A DNA stretch of 49,114 bases from Nemertoderma westbladi (GCA_032718475.1 JAUCBJ010006584.1:1-49114); one strand, 5' to 3'; counted from the stretch's first letter, positions 11,885 through 23,537 are shown. A program made the numbers and translations. The notes: generated by a model not told the origin, from the sequence alone.

Positions 11885-12733
11885 ATGTTGGGGTTTACAA
11901 AGGAATCTCTCAGAAAACGAATAGAAGACAACGAACTGGACCTAAGTGTTCAAGAATTGGAGAAAATTCCTATCAAAGAATTGAGTGAACTTCCCAAGGC
12001 CACCCACCTAGACTTATCCAGCAACAAAATATCAATAATCCCAGAGAGATTCTCCACAGAGTTGATTCACCTAGTGCAACTAGATCTCAGTCAAAATGAC
12101 ATCACGGAACTTCCGGATAACTTCGGTGATCTCGTGAGATTGCGACGTTTAGATCTGTACAAGAACAACATATCCTTACTGCCAATAAGTATGGGACAAA
12201 TGAAGAAACTCAGATGGTTAGACTTGAAGGACAACCCATTGGAACGGCACCTGACTGCGGTAGCTGGGGATTGTCTGGATGAGAAGGCGTGTAAGAACTG
12301 CGCTAGCGAAGTGGTTGCGTTCCTCAGCGGAGTCCAGAACTATTTGGAGGAACAGGCGAACGGGGAAGTGGGAGGTGACCCACTGGTGGGGGGAGGTGGG
12401 GACCAACCTGTGGGGAGAGGTGACCCACCGGTCGGGGAGGGCGAGGGGCCCAACGTAGCGAAGAAAAGGAGGAAGAAAGGTAAGAGCAAACGAGTTGAAA
12501 CTTCCTCGTCTGCCGTGGCCGAATCGACGGATAGAGTTGACCTAAACTACGACGAACCTAGAGACTTCAGGGGCGAACCAGCAACAAGAACTCAAACACA
12601 TAACAACGTTAAGCGAAAGGAAAGCGGTTCATTTAATAGGATTCTAATTACTATTATATTGCTGCTGGTTGTTGCTCTGGTAACCGGTTGGTTTTACATC
12701 GGACAGTCTATTGTAAAGGAACTCAGTTTATAG
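11885..12733 (+). CDS. LRRC59: Leucine-rich repeat-containing protein 59 (ER ribosome-binding p34 family), single coding exon
   Basis: NELDLS...P.KEL..LPKAT.LDLS.NK, LRR repeats, the LRWLDLKDNPL...VAGDCLDEK.CK.CA signature, a basic patch and a C-terminal TM helix (ILITIILLLVVALVTGWFYI). ATG at 11885 in ACCATG context. Confidence 0.92.
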   Translation: MLGFTKESLRKRIEDNELDLSVQELEKIPIKELSELPKATHLDLSSNKISIIPERFSTELIHLVQLDLSQNDITELPDNFGDLVRLRRLDLYKNNISLLPISMGQMKKLRWLDLKDNPLERHLTAVAGDCLDEKACKNCASEVVAFLSGVQNYLEEQANGEVGGDPLVGGGGDQPVGRGDPPVGEGEGPNVAKKRRKKGKSKRVETSSSAVAESTDRVDLNYDEPRDFRGEPATRTQTHNNVKRKESGSFNRILITIILLLVVALVTGWFYIGQSIVKELSL

Positions 12734-12971
12734 GTGGCCGATTTATTCTAAGGTCTCATTGGTGCAGTATAACTGGAAGCGTCGGGGTTAGGATAGGTGC
12801 AGTGGACTGCGGTTGCTCAAAGGGACTTGTTATTCGCATTTAATTTATAAATATTCCAACGACAAATCAGTAATGAACATAAATGTAAATTGTGTAAAAT
12901 TTTGTTGTTTATTCGCACTGTACCCCTAACCATATTGCCTTCATAGAAATCGAATTCCCTGCAAAGTGGTC

Positions 12972-13268
12972 AAAGTAAAGTAAAGTAAACGGCCTTTCCA
13001 GCCGTTAGGCCAGGGATTACGCACAAAGTCTGTCGAACTGTCTGAGAACTATACTCCCCAGAGGAAATTCCAGTACAGTACTCATTTAGCTACCACTTAT
13101 GGATGCAAGGTAGAGATGCGCCTTGGCTGATTGATCCCCTCAAAGCATCTCAAGGTTAAATGCCATTTGGGATAGGAGTAGCGACCACCCCTACCCTCGG
13201 GTAAGCAGCTATCGAAAGAGGAGCCTTCGGGTCGCCTCCGGCTTCGGCCGAATGTTTGCTTTGCTTTG
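12972..13268. mobile_element. SINE-like fragments with short tandem tails at both ends
   Basis: The left end is (AAAGT)n and the right end (TTTGC)n. Internal GTACTCATTTAGCT and GGTTAAATGCC blocks and the GGAGCCTTCGGGTCGCC stem-loop resemble invertebrate SINE bodies and 3' tails (recalled from memory). Confidence 0.45.
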
Positions 13269-13700
13269 AAATGCCACTACCACGGTACAATTAAATTAAA
13301 TTATTTTCGGAAAATAAAAATACCATTAAATTCTTAATATCCATCCCAGTTTACCGCTAGAGGGCGAAATGTCTGAAAGTGAATATCTACACCAATTTTA
13401 TTATTTACAATCCGTTTAGACTGAAACTTGACAAGCAGGCATCTTTATTCACCATAAACTCCACCTTTACAGAAATGCAGCGCCGTCTGCGCATATAACC
13501 GGTCTGCAGGTAGAGGGTGAAATTTCTGGAAGTGAACATTTTCTCGAAATGTTATTTACAATCCACTTACGTTGAAACTTCACAGCTATGTCTCTTATGG
13601 GGGCGGTGTTTTATTTTATGGTGGTATATCTCTGTTCCGTATGCAGTTCTCCAATCTGCCACAAATTTATCACCCATATTCATATATCATCTGCACATGC

Positions 13701-13742
13701 ACTAGAAAGCTGTGGCCCGAAGGCCCGCAGGCTTTCTAGTTT
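13701..13742 (+). mobile_element. Helitron/Helentron-like 3' terminus (GC-rich hairpin followed by CTAG-T)
   Basis: ACTAGAAAGC-TGTGGCCCGAAGGCCCGCAG-GCTTTCTAGTTTT. Confidence 0.45.
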
Positions 13743-15655
13743 TAAGATATAACATTTATCTATAACATCTATAATATCTATAACACAATATTCAAAAATG
13801 AAGATTATTTTTCACAAATATTATTTTACTCTAATAATTAATAAATTCTTTAATTTTTAACTATTTTCAATACTTTGCTTCAACAAAATTATATACTCAC
13901 TTTTACACAATGTTTAATCATGACTCACACTAAAATTTATACCGGTAATCTTCTATTTAATTTAGGTGCTTAAATATATTAATTAAAATAAATTAGCATA
14001 TTTATGGATAAGGGTGCTTAATTTGAGCACCCATAAAGCTTAAAAGTAAAAGGAAATCTCTTTACACCTTGTTTTATGGTAAATATTATGACGACAAAAT
14101 GAAGGGAACGAGCGTAACGAGGCTTATAGAGGGGTCGAGTAGAGTACTAAACCTGTGTTCATTAACTATTCGCGAAAGACCAAGTTTATAGTACATTAGC
14201 TGATAGGTATATGATTGTGGTTATCTGGTACGTCTATACATACAGGTCTACGATATGGTGAGGGATGGATGGGGGCTGAGTGAGCTTATTTTTTCCATTG
14301 GGTAAGGGTTGAAATGGGTTGGATTTTCTGTAATTCAACTATACAAAAATAGTTCTCAGTTCATTGGAACATATTTGTGTTAAATATAATCAATTGTAAG
14401 TACAATACTAAGTCTCTGGCTATGGTCTCCGGTATTTTTCTAAATAATTATCCGGGTAGGTTTCCGGTTCAACGGGATTAAGATAAATAGGTCTCTGTTT
14501 CAACTCTAGTATGTGTGTATTCATACATAAACAAAATGTATATAGAAGAATATATAGAAACAAAGACATTAAATCCGAAACAGTACAAGCCAACAGGGCA
14601 ATCAAAAACCTTATCAAAATAATAAGTTAAATTTTATGTATATAAACCTGTAGCAGTAGCATCAGCTAATAATATCGTCATTTCTAATATTAATCAAAAT
14701 TTAAAAATTTAACACCAACACTTTCTTTCATTTAGGTAATTACTTTCAGTTTAAGATAACACAATATATATAATTGTAAGTAAAGATACGAACAGGCAAT
14801 GGATATCGGTTTGAGCCATCGACAGTCTTAATTGGTGTCTTTATGAACAGAGTTGATGTGTCTCTGTGGATTCCTATTTGTTGTGTAAACATTGTTACAA
14901 TGCAAGCAATTATACTTGAACTTGACACCTTCATGAACTGATTCTTTGTGAATCTGTAGTGATTTTGACCCGGTCCTTGATTGTAAATCACTAAGTGTGC
15001 GTCACAACGAAATGCAAAAACTATTTAGACTCGCCGTACCTTTATGGACTTCCTCGATTCACCGCCCCCCTTTCGCTCCCCCTCCCCCCCCAATTGTTTG
15101 TCACAAGCTACGCAATCATAACTTAACACCTTTAGGCGACGGATTCAATGTGTAAGAACTCATTTAGATCCCACTGTCCGACTGAACATTGTTTGTCAAC
15201 CAATTGCATGTTACGCATATTCATGTACTGGTAGAACTTAACACCGTTATGGAGTCGGAGGCAATGTGTCGCTTGCTGAATGAAATTTCGCGGCCTTTTC
15301 AACTTGCCCAAACTGTTTGTCACAGAATACGCATATCAAGACTTAAACTTAACACCTTTATGGCACGGATTCAATGTCCCCCGCTGTAGATGCGTCCCTT
15401 CCCACTACAGGCTCTATACTGTCACTATACGAAACTGGCCTTACAGAGGGGGACTTGACACCTTATGGACCCGAATCAATAGTGCAAATTCAATCAAATT
15501 TAGATTGCACTGTTCAGTGTGCTCATCAACTTCTCCTAAAAAGAGCTTTCGAATGATATGTTTATAAGTTTTGAAACAAATTTTTTTTGACGAAAATCCC
15601 AACCTAATTTTGGCCACTTTTAGTGATTTTGACCCAGTCCTTGTTTGTAATGCAA

Positions 15656-16957
15656 CTATTTATACTTGACACCTTTATGGACGGATTCAATGTGTCTCTT
15701 TAGATTTCGCTTTTCACTAAATTGTTTGTCACAAGAAACGAAATTATATTTTTTGACACCTTTATGGACTGATTCAACGTGTCTCTTTAGATACCCCTTT
15801 TCACTAAATTGTTTGTCACAAGAAACGAAATTATATATTTTGACACCTTTATGGACGGATTCAACATGTCTCTTTAGATTTCGCTTTTCACTAAATTGTT
15901 TGTCACAAGAACCGCAATCAAACTTAACACCTTTATGGACGGATTCAACATGTCTCTTTAGGGTCCCCTTTTCGCTAAATTGTTTGTCACAAGAAACGCA
16001 ATCAAACTTGACACCTTTATGGACGGATTCAATGTGTCTCTTTAGATACCCCTTATCACTAAATTGTTTGTCACAAGAAACGCAATCAAACTTAACACCT
16101 TTATGGACGGATTCAACATGTCTCTTTAGTTTCCACTTTCCACTAAATTGTTTGTCACAAGAAACGCAATCAAACTTGACACCTTTATGGACGGATTCAA
16201 TGTGTCTCTTTAGCTTCCGTTTGTGACAAAATTGTAATAAATCACAATAAAAACAAATAAATGATTGTTTCACTTGATCATCTGAAATCTCTTCTTCCCT
16301 ACCAAATTGTTCCTCAATAAACAACTCTTGTTTTACAACTCGAGAATTATCTTCGGAAGTACCGCAAATTGTTTCCGCTTTGGATTTAAAACTGATAACA
16401 TTTATACCGCTGTTTGTGTTGTTGACTTGATTCGTAACATATTGTTCCTCAGTAATGATCTCCTGTTTTATCTTTCGAGAATTATCTTCGGAAGTACCGC
16501 AAATAGATTCCGCTTCTGATTTAAAACTGATAACATTTATACCGCTGTTTGTGTTGTTGACTTGATTCGTAACATATTGTTCCTCAGTAATGATCTCCTG
16601 TTTTATCTTTCGAGAATTATCTTCGGAAGTACCGCAAATAGATTCCGCTTCTGATTTAAAACTGATAACATTTATACCGCTGTTTGTGTTGTTGACTTGA
16701 TTCGTAACATATTGTTCCCCAGTAATGAATTCCTGTTTTATCTTTCGAGAATTATCTTCGGAAGTACCGCAAATAGATTCCGCTTCTGATTTAAAACTAA
16801 CGTTTATTCCGTTGTTGGGGTAGCTGATTTCTTTATTAACAGTTGGTGGGGAGACGGAGTTCTCTTGTTCCTCATCACCGGACTGAAAATCATTTTCATC
16901 TGCTATGATACGATCCAATAAATCCCAAGATTCGTTACTCAAAGTATTAGAGGACAT
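15656..16957 (-). CDS. C2H2 zinc-finger array protein, copy 1 (7 fingers, last two lacking the first Cys; 45-aa N-terminal tandem repeat)
   Basis: 28-aa units FDCVSCDKQFSxKxxLKRHVESVHKGVK; ATG (MSSNTLS) shared with copy 2. Confidence 0.85.
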   Translation of the reverse strand: MSSNTLSNESWDLLDRIIADENDFQSGDEEQENSVSPPTVNKEISYPNNGINVSFKSEAESICGTSEDNSRKIKQEFITGEQYVTNQVNNTNSGINVISFKSEAESICGTSEDNSRKIKQEIITEEQYVTNQVNNTNSGINVISFKSEAESICGTSEDNSRKIKQEIITEEQYVTNQVNNTNSGINVISFKSKAETICGTSEDNSRVVKQELFIEEQFGREEEISDDQVKQSFICFYCDLLQFCHKRKLKRHIESVHKGVKFDCVSCDKQFSGKWKLKRHVESVHKGVKFDCVSCDKQFSDKGYLKRHIESVHKGVKFDCVSCDKQFSEKGTLKRHVESVHKGVKFDCGSCDKQFSEKRNLKRHVESVHKGVKIYNFVSCDKQFSEKGYLKRHVESVHKGVKKYNFVSCDKQFSEKRNLKRHIESVHKGVKYK

Positions 16958-17590
16958 GTTTAATAAAATAAGGACTGAAAGACTAAATAAATTGAAAATA
17001 ACCACTAAAACCTCACGCTCACCAGTTGGAGAATTGAATTGTCACCCTTTAATTTTAATTTATTTACACCAACCAATGGTTGTTGGTTACAACAACCATT
17101 TTTAGAAAGTCGGAGCCTCACCACATCTTATTTTTTTTCAATTTTCAATCATGCAACGAAATTTGGCATTGTTAGTTCGACATTGATGACCTTTCTTACT
17201 TTTGACAGAACCTGATTTTTAATTTCTGAGCCATTTCGATACAAGCCGTTAAAAGACGCCAATTTAGCAATATTTAACCATCTATGTTGCCTGTTGGCAT
17301 TATTTTTTGTCTTTTGAATTGAATGTAATTAATTTTCTAGAATTGAGTAATAAAAACATTAGAATCATAGCGGTTTACATTTAGAATTATAGCGACCTTT
17401 TGCAATTTTTAATGAAATTTAAAACGCCGACGTGCTTAAAATGGTTGTTGTATTAAGGGAGATGGTGTACTGGTATAAGTATATATATAATAATACTCCC
17501 TTGTTGTTCCTAATGTTTTATATGGTGATTTGCGTCTACATTTCTATACGGTTTCATTTATTTGAATGTAGGTTTTACTGTGTATTTTAT

Positions 17591-17960
17591 ATCGGCGAAC
17601 CGGGCGTTATCGTCGAAGTCAATGAGTCGCTAATATCGAAGCCTAAAGGGAGACGTGGTGCTGCAACTATATCGCGCCCGGATCCATCATTCATTCCGAC
17701 GGTTGGGCAGCGTACCAAGGGATCGGTACCATGCCGAACATGGTGTACACTGTAAACCCACCAAGTCGTGATACACGACACGGAACTTCGTCGACCCAGT
17801 ATACCGGTGCCTGCACCAACCAGGTCGAGCGCTACTGTAAGAACTGCAAGCGCCGATTTATCGAAGTAAGTCGATGTGGGGCGTCCAGAGCACCATGCTG
17901 CCCAGCCACCTGGACGAGTTCATGTGGCGCGAGTTGTACGGGAAAACTGGGAAGTGGCTA
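17591..17960 (+). pseudogene. Merlin (IS1595/ISXO2-like) DDE transposase remnant, internally deleted
   Basis: IGEPGVIVEVNES, IAPGSIIHSDGWAAY, NFVDP..GACTNQVE and LPSHLDEFMWRE across frameshifts. Confidence 0.85.
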
Positions 17961-18509
17961 CTGACCGGACCCATTGACCGGACCCTCTAGATACTGAAAT
18001 ACAGAAATACCGTATCACGTATTGAAGCTTTATATTTGATTTATATATTTACTTGTGTATTATTGACCGGACCCTTATTACTCAACTTTGTGACCGGGCC
18101 CACAATCCTGAAACATGAGTTAGCTTTCGTTTATTTTTTTGGTCCCCTCAACACGCCTCTGTCAGTATTGCAGTAACGCTGTAACCTGCTCCTTTACTAA
18201 CCTGCTCCTTTAAATGGCAATGGGCTGATGGGTCCGGTCAATGCTGCAATGCGTCCGGTCAATTGAGCAATGGGGGCTTATTCCTGTTTGGGGGACTCCA
18301 TCCTATCTTATTACAATACTGTCTGACTGTAGTCCTATTCCCTACTGTCAGACTGTAAGTAACCTGACTGCACTGCGACCTTCCTGCTTGCTTACAGGTT
18401 AAGTCGCTGCATACTTGTACTGTTGTAGGGAGGCCTACTTTACTTTATTTTACTTTTATACTTTACTTTCCTTTATAGGCCTACCTACCTACGGTGGCCC
18501 ACAACTGCC

Positions 18510-18800
18510 AGGACAGGAAACAAAGAGCAGGGCAAAATAAAAAGAAGCCAGGGCAGAAAACAAAGAGCAGGGCAAAATACAAAGAAGCCAGGGCAGAAAA
18601 CAAAGAGCAGGGCAAAATAAAAAGAAGCCAGGGCAGAAAACAAAGAGCAGGGCAAAATACAAAGAAGCCAGGGCAGAAAACAAAGAACAGGGCAAAATAA
18701 AAAGAAGCCAGGGCAGAAAACAAAGAGCAGGGCAAAATACAAAGAAGCCAGGGCAGAAAATCAAAGAGACAGGGCAAAATAAAAAGAAGCCAGGGAAGAA
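18510..18800 (+). repeat. 40-bp subterminal tandem repeat (about 7 copies) of the IS3EU left end
   Basis: Unit CAAAGAGCAGGGCAAAATA(C/A)AAAGAAGCCAGGGCAGAAAA. Confidence 0.95.
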
Positions 18801-18909
18801 ATTAAAATATAAAAAAGTATTAATAAAATGCATAACAATAGAGCCGATATCATATACAGTATTTATGTTAAATAATTAAAGTAAAATAATTAATACTGTT
18901 TAAATTACC

Positions 18910-19200
18910 ATGGAAAATTCTAACGCGGAACATTACCTATATGAAAAGGAACTTATTTCGTACTATTTTAATTGTGGGTACTCATACAATGAAATAATAG
19001 GATTTCTAAGTGGTTTTGGACTAAAGCTCAGTTATCGTTCTTTATTGCGGAGGCTACTTAGGTATGGGCTTTGCAGACGAAAAAGTGCTTCAACGATTCC
19101 AGAGAGGATAATAAGAGCTGAAATTCAGAAGGTAGTTTCGGGACCGGGTTCTCTTGGAGGATACAGACATGTGTGGCACGCCCTTAAACTAAAAGGACTA
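18910..19200 (+). pseudogene. N-terminal (HTH-type) part of an IS3EU transposase, truncated before the DDE core
   Basis: LISYYFNCGYSYNEI...LSYRSLLRRL..YGL.RR...GPGSLGGYR.VWH.LK pattern; breaks where a different repeat starts at about 19200. Confidence 0.75.
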
Positions 19201-20275
19201 GGGGAAAGTGGGGGAATTAGAAACACTTTTTGGATTTTAAAAAATTAAAAGTGCCCTCATTTTTACACAAACATTTATAGAGGAATTATAACTATAGATT
19301 TAGAATCATGCATCTCCCTGCTAACAATAGAACATCCTATCTCGTCTGCCTATCACTATCTAGTAGTGACAGGCAGACGAGGTTTTTCTTAAGTCGAGAT
19401 TGTTTCCATTTACCCCACAATGGGGTAAATGGAAACACGGTTTGCCTCCCAATATTTAAATCAACCAGAAATTCACATGGGGTAATTGGAATATTTCGAA
19501 TTACCCCATGAGAATGAGGATTAAATTGCGCACATTTTGATATATAACATGCCTATGTTGCCACATATGTTTAATATTTAAAGTGTTCACAAACTTAAAA
19601 AAATTAACAGAGATATGCATGTTTGCAAATAAATGACATCCAGTAAAAATTTTGATATATGAAAACTAATTATAGCACTTTATATAACTAAATTAAACAC
19701 CTACAAGTAAGTTATTATGCCTATTGCAAGATATTGCATAGTCAAATTATTGCATAAAGTTGTTGGTTATACTTCTGTACTGTATATGGGCCTTCAGCAC
19801 AGATATATATAGCACAGATATTGTTTTAAGTAGCGCTTGGTCCTTGGGCAATATAACTAAATTAAACACCTACAAGTAAGTTATTAGGCCTATTGCAAGA
19901 TATTGCATAGTCAAATTATTGCATAAAGTTGATGGTTATACTTCTGTACTGTATATGGGCCTTCAGCACAGATATATATAGCACAGATATTGTTTTAAGT
20001 AGCGGTTGGTCCTTGGGCAATGTATTTTAGCATGGCTGGTATACAAAACACACCACGATTATTACATGGTGCTACTTGGTATATCTTCTGAATTACTTTG
20101 TCTTTAAAGTAAAAACAAAGATCCTCCTTTACCGGCCACTTCCAGTTTATCCAGCTCCCAGCTGGAGCCGCTGGAGCTGGAGACTACTGTACAGTAGCCT
20201 ACTGCTGTACTGTATTACAAGGAAAACTTACAAGATAAAAAAAAATAATGTTTCCAATTACCCCATGGCACCAAA
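19200..20275. mobile_element. Probable MITE nested in the IS3EU element, with GGGGTAATTGGAAACA-type termini and internal palindromes
   Basis: GGGGGAATTAGAAACA at about 19210 matches inverted TGTTTCCAATTACCCC at about 20249. Palindromes lie at 19403-19436 and 19476-19510, and a 169-bp tandem duplication at 19682-20020. Confidence 0.5.
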
Positions 20276-21102
20276 ATTTGACCATTTTTAAAATCATGTT
20301 GACTATTATCAACTGTCTCTAGAACAAGATTGGAAATTTCATCACGACCCCTTAAATCGATTACCGGTATTTCAGGTATGTTGTTCGATTCATTAGATAT
20401 TGGGGCAATCATTTCAATTTCATTAAATAGCGGCTCAAGATTCTCTTTCCCATCGTCTAAATCAGACAGGTCGAGTATTTTATTTTTACAACGTTTACGC
20501 GGTGGTGAACTATCACTGTCTGTATCACCATTAGAGGGCTGCTGGGACTTTGCTAAATCGTCATCGGTACAAAGATAAAGGACTATGCGCTTATACTGCT
20601 TGCCAATATTGTTCTTGAACGATTTCAAAATAAAGGGGGTTGATGTTCCTGGAATAATTTTCGATATTTCGCCATTGTCTAAGCACAGGCAATAAATCTT
20701 CCTTGAGTTAAAACAGTTTGGATTATAGACTTTCCACTTTTCTAATGCTTTACTAAGTATCTCTTCATATCCATCCGATTCCGACACCCGCAAAGGTAGT
20801 CGTTTACCTCGTTTCGGTTTTAACTGTTCTGACATATCACACCACTCAAATAAACCAATTGTGATAACTACATCGGAAGACGGCTTTGGCTTAGAAACAG
20901 TTTGTTTCCATTGCTTACCCTTTGCAGTCACATAATCATTTAATGACAGCACATGGGCTGGTCTTGGCGTAACGTTTTCACCACTAATACTCGAAGGATT
21001 ATTAATAGCTGTACTCGGGGAATCATAGTTCACGGGTGAACCACAGGATTTACAAAACATGTCTCCATCAACAAGATACTTTCCGCATTTCGTACAAAAC
21101 AT
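20215..21102 (-). pseudogene. IS3EU second ORF: double-CxxC zinc ribbon plus a conserved domain resembling N-termini of transposon-borne G2E3/HECT-like proteins; truncated
   Basis: MFCTKCG..FCKSCG; KRGKRLPLRV....YEEIL.KA..K...IPGT..PF.L.......K.YKRI.LYLC. The C-terminus runs into the nested repeat. Confidence 0.6.
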
Positions 21103-21749
21103 TTTCCTTCATTTACAAGGAAAGCAAGAATACAAGGAAGAACAGCTTAACATGTTAACAGTAACAGTCCTATATCTAGGCCTAGGTACCATACCTAATC
21201 ATTACCGAATTATGTCTAACCTAACTGTATTACAGTACTGCAGTATTAACCAAACAGACTTAATACCTACTACTGTACTATAGTTACAGTAGGCTACTCC
21301 AGCACTCTGCTGCTCTGGTACGTACTAGAGCGCAGTCCGCTCCGTTACTACCTATTTTCTAATCCCTAATCAATCTATCAACCTACAGGTTCCGGCATCC
21401 AACAGTTCAAGCAAGATGATAGGGCTGTAAGGGCCTAATCCAGTAATCTCTGAATCTAGTTCATAGTTAGCTCTGTCATCTGTATGTCTGTAGCTACATA
21501 TAGTCATGGTACACTGGTACTGGTACATGTCAAGGTACATGTAGGCCTAGTCCTTAGATACTGGGATATTACCGAACCGGTACCGGTGAGTACATCAGTA
21601 CTCTATACTGCAGTACGTAATGCAGGTACCGGTATCGCAGTATCTACAGGGTTACAGCTTAATTAATGTAACTCCACAACATGCAACTCTCTGACTTTTA
21701 CAGCTTTCTGACTTCAACTTTCTGACTAATACTTTTTTATATTTTAATT

Positions 21750-22120
21750 TCTGCACTGGCTTCTTTGTATTTTGCCCTGCTCTTTGTTTTCTGCCCTGGC
21801 TTCTTTGTATTTTGCCCTGCTCTTTGTTTTCTGCCCTGGCTTCTTTGTATTTTGCCCTGCTCTTTGTTTTCTGCCCTGGCTTCTTTGTATTTTGCCCTGC
21901 TCTTTGTTTTCTGCCCTGGCTTCTTTGTATTTTGCCCTGCTCTTTGTTTTCTGCCCTGGCTTCTTTGTATTTTGCCCTGCTCTTTGTTTTCTGCCCTGGC
22001 TTCTTTGTATTTTGCCCTGCTCTTTGTTTTCTGCCCTGGCTTCTTTTTATTTTGCCCTGCTCTTTGTTTTCTGCCCTGGCTTCTTTTTATTTTGCCCTGC
22101 TCTTTGTTTTCCTGCCCTGG
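21750..22120 (-). repeat. 40-bp subterminal tandem repeat (about 9 copies) of the IS3EU right end, inverted relative to the left array
   Basis: Unit TTCTTTGTATTTTGCCCTGCTCTTTGTTTTCTGCCCTGGC. Confidence 0.95.
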
Positions 22121-22714
22121 CAGTTGTGGGCCACCGTACCTACCGGTACGTTAATATAACAATTCTAATTACATATGTTGTTATAGGCCTAAGCATTAAC
22201 TTAACATACTGCTGCCTAAATAGTTAAATACATAATTAATCATTTTTTTCATTTTTTGGCATTTCTTAATAGACCTAGTTAATTAGCAGTTTTAGTTAAT
22301 TAGGGCATTATATAGAATATTACTGTGCAATCTATATATACGAATCAGGTCACATCTTGGATCTTGTATTGTTTTTCTATTGTTATTACTAACTAACTAA
22401 ATAGATGGGGGTTTGGGCAATTGGGTGCTGCTTGCAACTTATTTTGAACCAAAATTTTATTATAAGTCAAAGTTATATTCTAAGTATGTTGTTATAGGAA
22501 GCCGGTGTAACAACGGATTCAGTCCCCCGAAGAATCCCCCCCCCCCCCCCCCCGGACCGGATCTGCTAGCGGATTTAGTCCCCCCGGCACCCGGATTAAT
22601 TCTGCTAGCAGATTTGGTCTACCTACAGATACCTACTACTCTACCTACAATACACTGCCAGACTCATTTCCTTATTGTAAATGATACAGTACCGGGGGTA
22701 ATGCAGTATGTATC

Positions 22715-23010
22715 GTTTATTGCTCTGGTTAGAACAACAGTAGAAAAGCCTGCTTGTGTAACCTGCACCTCCTCAATAGGTAATGATAGAAATTGATTAT
22801 TATTGTAATGACGTTACATTATTGTTTAGCCTTACTTTGGTTAGAAAAATGTGCTAGTGAATTTAGTCAACAAGATCGTTTATTGTTTTGGTTAGAAAAA
22901 GCCACCTCTGTAACCTACCCCTTTCCCTCAAATGGTAACAACATAGTTTATTGTTTTGGTTAGAAAAAGCCGTCTCTGAAACCTGCTCCTTACCCTCAAT
23001 TGGTAACTAA
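22715..23010 (-). repeat. Degenerate inverted copies of the 69-bp satellite at 48335-48977
   Basis: TTATTGTTTTGGTTAGAAAAAGCC..TCTGTAACCT..CC.TT.CCTCAA.TGGTAA repeated about four times. Confidence 0.75.
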
Positions 23011-23369
23011 AATGGTTACTAACATGAATCATTTCCTGTGATTGGGGGTAACATGAATCACTATCTGTGACGGGGGGGCAACAAGACTGGGTGTAACAGC
23101 ACAGGGGTACACTGAGTAACTAATTAAATTAATTAATGGACCTGTGTTTTTTACTACCAGTTTAAGGCAAAGTAAAAGCATCACTCTCGATATTTTGGGA
23201 AATACAGTTTTCATATATCTACTGGAGATTAGTACACTTTCTTATATAGGCTCTCGTGCTGCGCGAAGGCTCCACTATGTTTTACAAGCTTAGTACAAGT
23301 TTACACAGGTATTGGCAATTTAATTTTGAAACTATTTCTATCAACGTCCACCACATGTATAAAACTAAC

Positions 23370-23537
23370 CTGTTTACGTCTCACTTGTGTCATGGCTCGC
23401 CCCACTTGTCGTAGGAATACAAACTGCCGGGGTAAGTCATCGTTGTCTATCTGAATGGCGATATGAGCCCGAAGTTTAGAGAGTTTAGTCTGCGGAGACA
23501 CCCGAATAAATCCCAACGATACTACGTTCTCTAAGAC
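23370..23537 (-). CDS. SPATA1: SPATA1-like gene coding exon 2 (VLENVVSLGFIRVSPQTKLSKLRAHI...FVFLRQVGRAMTQVRRKQ)
   Basis: TCTCTTAG acceptor, GTTAGT donor, 168 bp. The S.GF.RVSPQ..L..LR and F.FL..VG motifs match the SPATA1 N-terminus. Confidence 0.85.

Larger units (their letters stand above)
14021..18296 (+). repeat. Duplicated segment, copy 1 (direct repeat of 42037-47092)
   Basis: Near-identical from ATTTGAGCACCCATAAAGC to CCTGTTTGGGGGAC; contains the zinc-finger gene and the Merlin remnant. Confidence 0.95.
18490..22138. mobile_element. IS3EU-superfamily DNA transposon (deleted derivative)
   Basis: TIRs TACGGTGGCCCACAACTGCCAGG / CCTGGCAGTTGTGGGCCACCGTA, a 6-bp TSD CCTACC (18484-18489 and 22139-22144), and two convergent ORFs. 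Confidence 0.85.

Noticed and set aside
13146-13240. Possible hammerhead ribozyme (CTGATTGA...CGAAA)
   Set aside because: The core is not CUGANGA, and stems I-III could not be built around it.
18481-18833. Hydrophobic Cys/Phe-rich ORFs (also 21765-22227)
   Set aside because: Translations of the 40-bp IS3EU subterminal arrays.
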